A stretch of 64,000 nucleotides of DNA from Lingula anatina (lineage: Eukaryota; Animalia; Brachiopoda), in NCBI GenBank assembly GCA_051362555.1, contig CM120644.1, positions 9,060,954 to 9,124,953 on the forward strand, read 5' to 3'. This document shows, in pieces, positions 1 through 14,000 of this stretch. How positions within the stretch are numbered: position 1 is the first letter of the stretch; each line of letters begins with the position of its first letter. The notes beneath the pieces were generated by a model that ran no database searches, was not told the origin of the DNA, and saw only the letters and a program-made list of their open reading frames with translations. The position numbers were made by a program, and so were the translations under genes.

Positions 1-339
1 TTTCCCACAAACTTAATATACGGGGTACAGTGGGTTATTTGTGAACATACTTGATAGCATTCTTAGAAGTGGTCGTGCTGCTCATGCAACAGACTACATG
101 TATGTTTGTCATGGTTGAATTTGTACAGGCAGTTTTACTGGCAGATTTGCTAAAGGGTGTGGGAAGGGCAAAATATTTTTCACTATAATTTGTAGGATAC
201 AAGGGTGTGAAAATTGCCTGTTTTTGTCTCGTTTTGCACCCACATGCATCCCATGAAACTGCCTATGAGCTTGAAATTTTTTTCTGTCTAGTTCAACCAT
301 ACTAATTTACTAAGAATAACTTCAAATAAAAATTCACAG

Positions 340-1540
340 CAATGCCCTGGACCGCCTTGTGGAGGACATGATCCTGGACTCCATGAACAAGGGAGAGTTT
401 GACAACCTCCCTGGTAAAGGCAAGCCTCTGGAGAACAACTACAAAGATAACCCGTATGTGGACACCACCACACACAATGTAAACAAGATAATGATACAGA
501 ACGGCTTTGTGCCTGATTGGGTCATGGTGGAGAAAGACATAAGGTGAGGGGGTAACGATTAGTCAGTCTCTCTCTCTCTCTCTCATCAATATTCTAAAAT
601 TATATTTTGTATTTTATGCTATTTAAGAATTTCCATTGCACATATTATTGCCGAGTCTCATTGGTGAGGTGGTTTTGAATCGGTCTCTCTCTCTCTCTCT
701 CTCTCTGGAGTTTATTCTCTTAAGTATGCTGTATTTAATGGAATCTAAAAAATTGAGATACATCTTGCAGAACCCTGTTTCTCTCATTTGCACAATAATT
801 TTTCATTTGGAGTGCAGCATAATAAAATGAGCAGTAACAGCTATAATCTGTTAATTATGTGATTGAGGTCTACAGGTTATCAGTTACGATTTACTGTTTA
901 CTTATTGGCAAAAGGAAATTATTGGTGGATAAAAAAAATTGTAGTTTTGAAATATGATGTTTCAAATAAATTTTATTTAAATAAAATAAACTTTATTTAT
1001 GAAATGTTGTTTCTTTGCAGAATTGGTTACAAAGATGCCAAAACCAAGCTGGAGGCTAACCGCCGTAAACTTGGAGCATCCCCTATCCCTAAGAGTGCTG
1101 AACTCTGGTGGGATAGATATAAGGCGGAGTTCAGGGAAGGTGTTACCTTGGTAAATAAAATGATTGACAAGTATAATTTAACAGTGCCACATTTTACTAT
1201 GCAAATGGCTCATTTTAACATAGAAAGGACTATTGACAGAATTGATAGAGATATCGGGGAAGAGTTCAGGAAGATACAAGAAGAAGAAGAAAGAGAGAGG
1301 CAGGAAAAGATAAAAGAAAAGCTAACTGAATTTGCCTCTAAATATGCTCCAGGGGAAGAAATTGAACATGTTGAAATTGAAACTGAAAATGTCAGTGATA
1401 CAAAAACTGCTACAAACGATGAAGAAGTGACAGTAAATGGTGACAGTGCTAATGTCAAAAGCCAAGGCAGTGTGAAATTATTGAAACCAAAAAGAAAAAG
1501 ACTGAAGGATATGATTGCTAATGCCCGATTTGGATTCTAG
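340..1540 (+). CDS. DNAJC28: DnaJ homolog subfamily C member 28-like (DUF1992 region); last two coding exons 340-543 and 1021-1540, gene starts upstream of the window
   Basis: AG acceptor 338-339, GT donor 544-545, acceptor ttgcag ending 1020, phases compatible. Translation NALDRLVEDMILDSMNKGEFDNLPGKGKPL..NPYVDTTTHNVNKIMIQNGFVPDWV..EKDIR and VNKMIDKYNLTVP match the DNAJC28/DUF1992 signature. Confidence 0.88.
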
Positions 1541-2658
1541 TCTAGTCATTATGGATAAAAGCTAAATAATAACATCAAATTAGATAAGGGAATTGAAACG
1601 GTTGTCAAAAATTATTTTTGTGCATTGATCTGTAAAATAAAATGCATGGGGGATACAATATTACTACAGATATTACATCTTCATAAAGTATTTGCCTGCT
1701 ATTTGGCATTATTTTTTATTTTTATTTTTAATGGAATGCAAGAATTTATATATGTAAAGTCATGTGGATACTTTATCAATATGGGTATAGCTCATTCCAA
1801 AATTTTGATAACTGAGCAGAAAAAGAAACGTTGCATTACTTTATGTCGAAGTATTAGTCGAAGTGTATAATTTTAAATATCCTCACATAGTTCAACACTG
1901 TTTGGGGCTGCTAAAATTTTTTATCAAAAAATTAAAACATATGTTACTTTTGACCTGTACTTTACTTACGTGTATAATAATTTAAGTAAAAAAGTTGTGC
2001 AGTTAAAAAGACATGGAAGAAAAAAGGGCTAATTTTTCACGGTCACAACTTTTGCCAAATATTTCTTTGTAATCTTCATAGTAATACCAATTTGTCTTTG
2101 TGATTGGCAACAAACGAAAAATGAAAACATTTTTTTTAATTTGAACCCTCTTAGTTTTGTTCCTTCTCAAGGCTACTTCGTGCAAGTCGGAGCTGACGCA
2201 AACGTTGCAAACTATAAAATTATATTGTAAACTTTAAAAAGATTTATTGAGCAAATAACACGGTAAGCACACATTTAAGCTATCCTTTTGCATTGGAGAA
2301 GTACGTGTTGGTTAAAGAAATATGCATTTTATATTCAAATTAAGAAAACGAATCCAAATTTAAAATTTCTTGATTACAATTCCAATGAAATAGTGTTACA
2401 ACAGCTGAAACTGTAGTCAAATAATGGTAACATAAATAGAGACCTCTTTGTTTCGACATGTGAATATTTGGCTACGAACATGCGGAAAAAGAATAAGTTA
2501 TGTAGTACGTTCGTAGGACCCAATTCCTGTTAAAGTATGTGAAAGTAAGAAACTTATCACTAATCAAAATTACCTCAAGACACATTGGAAACGAACAAAA
2601 CTGCAGTATTTGTATCAACAAAGTTAAAAACGGACAAAGTGTTTGGCATAGAAGGGGA

Positions 2659-4797
2659 TTAGTAATCTTCTATTGGGATTTCAATGTCGTCTGCCTTCTT
2701 TCCTGGTTTATCCTTCTCCCTTTTCTGTGCCTCTTTCAACTTGAACAGCGTGTAATCATAACTGTAGTCAATTTTCGTGCGACCACGTGACTTGTTCTTA
2801 TCAATGGGGTCACGTGGTCTCGGTTTATCGTCATCGTCTGGTACTGAGGCTAGGAGGCTCCGTCTGTAGCTCAGAGTTTGCTCGGCTTTCACACCGTCTT
2901 TTTTCGGTTCTTCCGGTGGCTTCGGTTTATTATCCTTCGGGCTGTCTGGTCGGACAGGCGGTTCTCTTGTTACAGGGGCGCGCCTTAGAGCACTTTTGGC
3001 GCGGCTGGTCGGCTCCGTGACAAGAACATAGTGAGCATCCGTTTCACGTGGTTCCGCTGAACGCGTTCCTATCGGATCCCCCGATTCATTCAAAGCGCGT
3101 TTGTACACTTCGAGCAGTTCCGTCCCCGAGTCGGAATGATCTGTAGCATGTGCAGCCTCGTTTTTAGTTTGATCGTCTGCATGTTCTAGATCTGATGAAA
3201 TGGCGGGCGTTTCCTCGAGAGACTTGCGTAGTTTCTCCACATCTTCAGCTACTCCATTACTTTTTCTGATCTGTGTCGTCATTTTCTCCGTTATTTCTGT
3301 GTCTTTTCCGAATACAAGGTCGACGACTTTGTCTTCTTGTTTATCTTTCAGTAGTTCACCGATGTGCTGAACAGCGTCGTCTAGTTTTGTGTACTCCCGT
3401 TTGATGGTGCTGCTGTTGTTCCCAAGCAACGGGAGAGACACTGCTCCCTCGCGCTGGATTTTGTTCTTTACTACAGACTTCAGCGCGTTCCGAAAGTCTA
3501 TGTTATCTACTTCTGTGTTAGCTGCAAAATAAATAAATATATAAATAAATAAATAAATAAATAAATAAATATTAAAAACGTTATAGGCTTCTTTTGACCC
3601 GATAACGAAAAAAAAAAAAAAAAAACTCCCTACGTATTGACTGGCAGGTAGAGAGATCGCCATTGTGACAATGATATACCAGTATTGAATAACTATTTAT
3701 TATCGTTATGAATTTTATAAATGTAATTAACATCTGAGACATCGCACGATTTTCTATCTTGGTGTTGTTATATGAACCTTTTCAATACCATGTTTACATC
3801 AAAGAAATGCCAAAAAGAAGAAAACTTATTACATCTTATAGAAAATGCAGCTACAAATGCATTTTATCAAACATACTATTTATCAAAGGCAATTTTTCTT
3901 TGACTTCACATAAGCCTAAATAAGCCGGAAACCAACACAGTTTGTTATGTGTACTAGCAAAGCATACAAAAGATCGATGAAAAGATCGACAGGCGTACCC
4001 ACGCGGATATAAACGCGCCAGCTGACTATAACATTTCAGTAAATATTACATGTAGATAACTGTATATCATGATGGCATTCAGCACGGCGTGGCTAAATCA
4101 TTATGACATGATCAAATCGAGGAAAAGAAAAATGACAGGATCATGCATGGAAGTTTATAATAACGAGGAATGAAGCTGACTTTCGTTCGATTCTAACGAT
4201 TTATAATCAGGCCCGTAGCCAGCAATTTCAAAAGGGGGGTTCTTTTTCTGAAAAAGTGGACCTTTTCCCATAAAAACTTCATGTACCTAGATCAAATTTT
4301 ACCCAGAGTGGACCTTTTCCCAGCAAAAGGGGCGGTTCTTTCGAACCCCCCGAACCCCCCCCCCCCCTGGCTACGGGCCTGATAATTAATGCAAAACACG
4401 TTCGAATACACTGTTCTGAATGGGTTAAAAGGATATACATGTAGAAATGTAAAGTTTGTTTGTCATTAGCTTCAGGAAAGGTTTGCTATCCTATATAATT
4501 TCACTACAAATGCAGAAGTTGTTTGTAATTAGCCTGAACAAGCTTGAAGCAAAATAACTTCTACATTTCTTTTAACATAACATAGATCTTTTACATTTTC
4601 TAAAGTCAGCGTTAAAATAAAGTCCACATTCTTATTGAAATTATAAAGCTGATCAATGACATAAAGCAGGATATTCTCTGATACGTATCTAAACCGCAAG
4701 GAAAATTAAGGAAATTAAATGTTTTGATGCATTGTGCCTTTTCGCTTACTATTAGCCATTTTTTACCTTGGTAATATAGCATATTAACGATTTTCAG

Positions 4798-4853
<56 letters not shown>

Positions 4854-7800
4854 CTGAAAATCGTTAATTTTGGAAAACCAGTGAGGCATATGGTTTCAGA
4901 TCAATGTACTGACGTCCAATATTCCCTCATATTTCATGTGATCAGCACGTGAAACACGACCGGTTCTGATCGATATGGCTTAATACGTGGTCTGAGATTA
5001 ACGTGGATTTTAAACTGGAAGTTAATGAAGTGAAACGCACAGATTTTTCTATCGACCGTGAGTTCCACTGCGTTAAATTGAAATCCTATCGAATACTGAT
5101 CTTTGAGTCGTAGGCCTACAGGTGGGCAGCTTGTCACTGAAATACAGATTTCTTATGTTTTTGCTATAGCTAAGATTATGCACCCATAACGATGAGAGAA
5201 TACATTTTCATTAATAGTTGAGAACCAATAAACATCATGATTGCATTAGAACACACTTTTTAAATTGCAAATTATTACTAACTAAGGCACACTTCTATTA
5301 CTCGCCTCAGAGAATTATTATCTGCCATACTATAAACCGCCATGTTTTTTTTTTTTTTTTTTTTTTGTTCGGCGATCATTTCATAAAAAGTGAACGTTTG
5401 AGTTCTCTCATTGACGCATACATTGATTTTGAACTGTTCCATTAATATCACTCTTTTTATACTAATACTCTAGCGTCACCCAATATGCGTTTAAAGCAGC
5501 AGTAATTATATTAAGGGATATAAAATACTCGTGAGTGTATTACGCATTTTGTGTAATATACTTGTGTGTATATTACACAAAATGAGCGCGTCTCTTATTG
5601 TGAAATGAAACGCGTACAACTTTTGTATTCTTTCATTCGTTATTACTTATTTCTTTTTGTATTATACGATAATACATTTATCATAGATCATTAATGATCA
5701 TATTATATGGCATGCATTTTCATAAACAAAACAAATAAGCAAGGTAAGACAATGCGAACAAACGAGGCCTATTCTATTATGCAATGTGACTATTTTCTAA
5801 GGAAATGAAACGTTTGTGGTGATATCCTCAGCGTTGTGAGTTGTTGATCAATTATTCACAATCATAAACTCAATGCACAAATTTGGATAAATGGGAATCA
5901 ATCCGACTGCTTTGATGAGTTTGACCTTTGCCATACACTGTTCAATACTGTTAGTGAGGGGAACAGATCAATAAGAAAAGGTGCTGTAATTCTTAACCCA
6001 CGAATAAGCAAAACAATAGACCACGGGCCCCGTCACCTTAGCGTCGACAATTTTTAAAGTTTTGAAGAGCTTATTTTTCATATTGGTAACCAAATTATAC
6101 TTGAATTCAAAATCCTTAAAGCTACCTTAAGCCATATAGTCTCGATGTGAACGGTTCCTTCACGATACGGCAAATCTACTTTCTCTTTAAAAAATAAATT
6201 AATGACTAAGGTAATTAAAAAAAAAAAAAGACGCGTTCTTGTATTTTGATAACAGAAGTGAAAGCTCGTTTGGATTATCTAAATTTCTTCTCGTATTCGT
6301 ACAATAATACATGTGATAAAAAAAAGTCAGATCCGGTGTATTAAATCAAGGAATAATCTACTCCTTTGATTGAATGCAAGTCAAAATTTACGTGAGGATA
6401 GAAGCAACGGAACAAAATCCAGTTCAATGGAGTATTTATCGCCAAGACGTAGCTACTTCGTCCTACAGAGTACAATGATACTAGCGCTGTCTCAAAGTTT
6501 GTCAGTACAACCTTACCCTTCTATCGGTGCTCTGTTGTGAAAGACACCTTGCAATGCGTTAGTTCTTACCTCTCCAGACATCGAAGACAAGTTAAACATA
6601 GGTTTTTATGTTTATAATCGAGCTAAAGAATCGCGCTCTTTACGTTTGGGAATATACACAGTCAGGAGCGCATTGTTCTTAGGCAAACTTACCTAGTAGT
6701 CCGTGCTCTTTGGTACACACCTTACAGTTTTACTTGTAGGCAAAGTTTCAGGTGCCTTATTACACCTGTTGAATTTCTATAAAACCAATATATCCCGATC
6801 GATACCACTACTCTATAGAAACGGTCCATTAATTGTAAACACTGGGGTTAGCTAGTCAATATAATACTGGTGATGATTTTAGTCGTGTTTCCAGCCAGTT
6901 TAGCTCGGCCTGTCTCAGTACCAGGTGCCTGTTTACGATCGAAACGTCGTGTGCAGTACAACCAATCACTTTGTTGTACAAGTTCCGCTCATACACACTG
7001 CTGTTTTATGAAAGATTGGCTAAACAATCAAGATACAAATGCTGAGCTTGGTAGTGCCAAGTAAGGTCTACTCATCTCGACTGGAAACGCGACTTAAGGT
7101 GGATAAAAATTTAGAAGCCAAATATCTCAGGAGAGAAAGTCAAACTGACAAATGCGATTACACTTTACATATACCTGAATCATTTTAAAATCTTGTAATC
7201 TAGAGTGTGGCTAGAGAGCTAAATATCAACATACGACCCAGAGGAGCACTCACTGTACAAAATCTCAAACTAGACGTGATAGGAACTTGTGGCAATTCTG
7301 GGAGCGGTAGGAGTTGATCATGTTATTTGAGGCAGCGGTAGTTGTGATGACGGGATTGTTATATGGACTTGATAAGAAACAGACGGAGAAGTTATTATTT
7401 AATGAAAAAAGTGCTAAAATGAATACGTGTTGCAAATATGCTGCTACAGCTACTACGTACGTTTGTACTTCTACTGCGACTATTGCTATATGTTTGACAC
7501 TGATGTTATAAAAACCAGGAGACTGTGATTAGTAAAATGGCATTGGTTACAATGGAATGCAAGCTAGGTAGGGAAGTACATTCATTTACCTCGACAGCAA
7601 CTGCACTTAATCGTGCGGCTGAAACAGAAAACGTGATTTCCAGTTACACCGTGGCGATTTTACCATGATTTGTAGAGAATAGGCCTCATCCTGTTGACAT
7701 CCTTTCACTTACCGTATGCCACATACCTACTTGAAACCAAAATTTCTACTTGTGTGCCCGATAATCTGTTATTACCACGACATAACACAGCGATGTTGAA

Positions 7801-7967
7801 GCCATTGTCAAATGAACAGGGGTTTAAAATATGCAAATAAAGGTAAATTAAACAGACAAAGGATGCGTCATTTTAGTACGTTTGATATAAATTGGAAAAA
7901 ATTGGAAGTCACCAACCTACGTAATTTTCGTATTGAATTGGTATTAAATTTCAACCATAACAGTTGT

Positions 7968-8035
<68 letters not shown>

Positions 8036-11000
8036 AATGCTGTATTTTAATTCATAGAAAAAAGGATAAACGCACTGAGCAATTTCACGGCCTCTTCGTC
8101 CCCTATGACGGGGTTCATGGTGGCTGTTTTCCGTAGCTTAGGCAGTCCAGTCTCTGGTGGTATGAAGATCATCCACAGTATCTCCATGGCCTCAGATTTA
8201 TACAGACCTCTGTGGCGTGGCCGGCACTCGTCCGCTACCGCAAAGTGACAGAGTGTGCACGAATCTGGAGTACAAATATGGCAAGCTTAAAAGCTGTTAA
8301 AAGGTAAAATTATTCAGAATGTAAAACTCAGAAGAATACACGTGAATTAAAAACTGAAAGTAGTAACACATCTGTGAGGTCTCCTTAGCATAGTATTTCC
8401 ACAAAATCTAATGAAAACACAGACTAATACCCCCTCGAAAGCAGAAGTAAAAAAAGCACTGGAAAGTCATTATACCCTTTTGTTTCTCAAAGAAATAGAG
8501 CGAGAAAACAGCATACTACGTACATATCGATTATTTAAAACAAATTATGAAAGGGAAGCGTACACAACAGCACCTATACCAAAACATGAAATGCAAAATT
8601 TGGCAAAATTTAGAACAGGGGCACATGACTTAGAAATCCAAAGAGGCAGATACCGAAAACCAAAATCAATACCCCCTGAAGAAAGGATCTGCAAGTTATG
8701 CTCAGATGAAGTGGAAAACGAAATACACTTTCTTTTAAAATGCCCCTTACTCACCAAACACAGGGAGATCCTAAAACCAGATCCTACACAAACCCCAGAG
8801 GGTCAGTTCAAATGCATAATGCAGTCAAACGATTTACATGTTATAAAGAATGTGGCCCACTATATCACAATGTGTAATAAGGTAAGAAAAAATATTCTCA
8901 ACCAACCACCACCTAGTCAACCAAAGTAACGAGCGTATACTGCAATTGTAAAATCTGATCACAGTTATTGTATAAACAATATTGTAATTTACTATTGTAA
9001 TTTTAGTTATATGATTATATTATGTATACTGTTAGGTCATAGTCATTGTAAAAAATGTACTTGAACCGCAATAAATAATAATAATAATTTTTGCGGTCGG
9101 GGATCGTGTAAGAAATAACACAGGATGTGCTTGATAAGAAATTTGAAAAACTTGTACACTATATTAATACTACCAGCTACAAACTATGAGGTTATGAAAT
9201 ATTGATAAAGCTGATGGTCAATGTATACTGTAATAATTAAATCCATATGTATAACATTAAGTATAAAGCAAATCAAATCAGTCCGAAAAATATACACGCA
9301 GACTTTACCTAGACATGTCTTCATGATGATCTCGCTGATGATCCTCCCCAACGCAAAATAGTCAAAAACGTGGTAGATGAGCTCAGGACTGGAGGCTATG
9401 GCTTCTAGCTCCCTTTTGTCAGCACGGTGGCCTACACCTAGTTTTAGAATAAAAACACAGCATCTTGATTTTCAATTATAAATTCAACGCTATCGCCAAT
9501 CACCCAAAGCACGTGTTGTGACCTCAAGTTTTCTTTTATCAGTATCACGCCCTCGAAGTTTGATAATAGAAAAGATAAGACAAAACTCTGAAGTTAGAAT
9601 GTTTAGCATGTCTGACTATAACTGGATGCATATGAACAAATATGACACATTTATAATATTTTATTCCAGGGTTGCAATATTTTAGCCCAGGGTTGCAATA
9701 TTCATTGTTTTCATTCAGCAGATAAACGTGTCCATGAAATTGGTGGATATGTCAGAGACAAAGACACAGTTTCTAGTAGGTTTTGGCCATGGCTCTGATA
9801 ACTCATTGTCAATGTCAAATAAGGTATTCTGAAATGGAACTACTGCAGTCCATCGACGATGAACGTAAACGCGCTATTTTTTGTCGTTTCACGACTGAAA
9901 GAGCCTGAAATGGGATAGGTTCATAAAACGCACCTATGGCAAAGATGATAGTTTCTTCAATCTTTGCTTTCTGTGCCTCTTTCTGTGTCAGATGTGTGTA
10001 GTACGACTGGCCGTCTGTGACGATGAGGCCGATTTTCGGCACATTGGGGCGTGACCTCTGAAAGCCAATACGTAATTATCACCATCTTTTAACCTCTTTC
10101 CCGTATGAATTGAGTGACATTTAATTTCATATAATTTATTAATTGCTATTTTAATTTATGAAGCGATATTTTCCAATTATGTTTAAAGCTGAACACAATT
10201 GAGAGGAACTGAAGAAAAACAAGAATTTGTAGTCGTGTCAAGGCATGCCCCTTTTTTTCACAAAATCTACATTATATTGCAAATACCGTGTCTATCATAA
10301 ATAAAATGGAATATTCGAACAATCACTTATTATCTACCATAATAGAAAGAAATGTCAGAAGTTGCTTATTCAATCATTATGATTAATGGAGGCTTGACTT
10401 CTGCTTCATTCTTTTGGTAGTGAAAATATATACATTATACCTACCGCCCACATATTTCTCATAGAAATAATTGCACGATCCGTTCTTGTCAAACCACGCT
10501 TGTATCTTATCCTCTCTGAAAAAATGGAAATGTTCTAATAGTAGGGAGCCGATTGTTTGGTAGAGAAAATTTAACTTTTTTTTTGGGGGGGGGGGGGGGG
10601 GGGGCAGGGCTTGACACTAACTTTTTTCGATACTGGCCCGAAATATCGGTAAATATTGCAAGGATGATTTGACACATGACATTTTACTTGCTCTTTGGGC
10701 CAGTGACCCCAACGATTCAATGGCCCCAAGTTGGTTTTCAGTGGCCCAGGGCCAGTGGGCCACCCTTAATGTCAAGCCCTGGGGAATGCTCTTGGATATG
10801 TTCTTAACAGGCCATTGTACGATAAAAATACAAAATACATGAAAGGATCGCGGAATGTGTGATCTACGAATTACGGTCTACGTTTTTAATCGTGAGAAAA
10901 GGCGGAACCTGATATCGCATCTTCTATTTTGATTTTAGATTTTTTATTTCGCTTTAATTACAGATTTTAACTTCAAATTCTGATTCTATTCAGATAAAAG

Positions 11001-14000
11001 CGCTTATGTAGAAACTCCACGTAATGGTTTTAAAGATTGAAATAACTATCAAAATACTGTTCACGCTCGTGCGTAGGCAGCTCTCAGGTTTGAGGTCATA
11101 ACGTAGAGCAGGTATCAAAACCCGGTGTAAAACAGAGCTTTGATACTTACCAATATCCGCCACCAGTTCCTCTTTCGTCTCATAGCCGTCAAACTGGATC
11201 ACTTGGTAAGGCTCGTCGCTGAATGGGATCACCCCTACCCGGATCCTGTCCTCTCCTATCTCGAGACGCGAGACGAACTCCCGCACAAATGACATCTGGG
11301 CCTTGAAGTTGATCTCTCCTACGCTAGCTGAGCAGTCCAGCATTATAACGATTTCTGCTTGAGTACCGCAACCTGGAATAAGGCGAAATTGTCATACAAG
11401 TACTTTTTAAAAATACTATTTGAATTTATTTATTACTGTATCATTGATACTTGTAGTTTAAATAAAAAATGTAATTAAATCTATTGTGACATAAATGCCC
11501 AATTAAGGTTCCGTGCCTAAACAGAAGTATGACGTGCCTTGCACCAACCAACTTCAGAAACAATGTGAACTGTATACTCTCATATCATATCATGTCATAG
11601 CTTTCATATTATATAATTTATAATCTAAACAAATTTTATAAATTCAAATGATTTTCAAGAACCACTTTCCCATCGAACGGTACCTCTAAAAACTGCATTG
11701 AAGGCTTTCTTTATATCGTTTTCTGTCGGGAAAAGATGACACGCTTTAAAGAAATCCATCAGCTTCTCACGCGGCAGCTTAGAACCATCTGCAACCTTGT
11801 AGAAGATGTCTTCATAACCTAGGTAACATCAAACAAATAGAGCACAGTCCTGAATGAACATCAAAGAACGAGATGCCGCCAGAGGAAATGGTACACGCGT
11901 TAAAGCCTAACGGTAAACACAGGTATAATATATAGTGTACAGCATTGGAACTGACCAATCAGAGGCATATAATTCTATGTGAGGTGTAATATAATATAAT
12001 ATAATATAATATAATATAATATAATATAATATAATATAATATAATGCGTGAAAGTGGCGATAATTGCAATTTAGTGACAAAACAAATCATCAAAAGTTGT
12101 GTCACTCACGCTTCTTTTTCTCCATAAATTCCTCCATTCTCTGAGAGCTGAAAGGCGTCTGAATTTTCTCTTCCCCAAAACGCTTCTGTATCCGCGTTAA
12201 CAGAGACTTGTAGTCCTTAATGAAGGTGTGCCAGGAGGAGTGGAACTGATGAAGGGCCTGGAGTATAACACGTGTGTAATGCATTCAAACCTAAGGCAGG
12301 CCTTAAAGTAAAGGTTTGACATATGGAAAGGTAAGATAATATAAACCGGTACACAATATACGACTAATGAAAATATAATATGATTATTATCTTTTTTTAT
12401 TCTGTTACTAGACTAACAAAAATTATATTAAGATATCATCACGAGAATTGCTGCTGGTCACTGACAGACCTAGGACCAAGGACAGTCAGTAAAATGGCGA
12501 AGAGTACACGTTAAATGAAGGTTATATGGACATAGTTCCTAAATGAGGATAAAGGTAAATTCTTTGGAGACTTAACGGGTATATTGCACTTGTGAATCTT
12601 GTAACAATCAGTCTGTCCACTAAGCTGTTCCAAAATAAACACAATCATTTGACAAACAAGATCGTATGTCAAGTGCGATGCCAAAATCAATGGGAATAAA
12701 AGATTTTCAATACTATGAAATACAGAAATGAACAAGGCCGGGTCAAGGGACATTTGAATTGAGATCATGTTTCCAATCATGTTCTTCCTTTTTTATGATT
12801 TTTAGGGTCTGTTAGATAGGGACAGACTTTTATAATATGGTCATTTTTGCTATTTTGGCCTATCGCTGGCTGGTTTCGACAATAGATCATTATAAAGAAT
12901 GGGTATTTTTCGACATGTTGTCATAGATTAGTATCTCTTTTTCCGAGACAACATACATACTTGTTTCAGGCAAAGGGTATCGCCAATTCGTGGATTTTTT
13001 CAGCCCAGTGTTCCATTTAATTCTAAATTCACCACTGCAATTGATGGTAACTACACAACTCCATTGCTTTATATTAGAAATATATGACGACATCAAAAGA
13101 CGGATTGTAGTTTTTCCACTTAAAACAAATCTCCAGAAAGAGAATATCGTTACCTGGGTGAAAAGCTACACAGCTACAAGGACTTAAGTAAGGTTTGCAA
13201 GCAAAACAAATAATATATGGGATTCCTACAGTCCACAACTATGTAAGAATGCTACCGGTACAATATTAGGTGCTGTTCAAAGTACCTTCTTTTTAAGATC
13301 CTTCATTTTCTTCCGAACCTTCCATCCGCGGTACCATTTCTGTATAATGATGGCAGCCCTCCTCTTCCGTGCCTTCTCCAGTCTGTACGAATTAAATCTC
13401 CTGAAATACGGCAGGGATAACACCGTCAAGACACCATTCAAATCAACGTTGTACGCGTGGGTATCCGTCTCCATTCTTGATGTACACAGTCGCAATAATT
13501 GTTATTATTACTATAGGACTATGGTCTTTATGAATACTCAAAGTGTTGCTATTGAAGGGTTACGTAGTGCATTAATCGAAACGAAGCAATTAGTGTTTGC
13601 AGCTTACATAGAACGCTTGTTGGATCGTAAACTGCATTTGTTTATATAAATAAACATTGCATGAAGACATTCCGAACTAACTGAAGTGAAACAAATGAAC
13701 TGTTTGTAACATTTGGGTCTCCTTACTCTCTAAGAAGATAGCAGATTAATACTTTAAAACTGATGGAAAAGTTTTAAAAAGTGTGTACAATTGAAAATGT
13801 ATCAATTATTCAAGTTTTGTCAGCTTGCGTACAGGTTTGGAGAGACTATCTAAAATATATATTGCCATATTGACCTCTAGTTGAACTCTCATTGAAAATA
13901 AGGGGTTATCCATATAGAGTTTAGAGTTTCCCAAACCTGAAAACGCATATGTACGTACTCGAAAAGGTCCTGGTGTGGCCCCTTTTTGGAAATATCCTTC

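Noticed and set aside
6692-6777. Candidate minus-strand exon with AG/GT boundaries in the IQCM intron
   Set aside because: All three frames hit a stop codon before the donor.
8411-9087. LINE fragment as the vehicle that delivered the VWA cassette
   Set aside because: The VWA exons retain three introns and lie antisense to the LINE, which does not fit retrotransduction of a spliced RNA.
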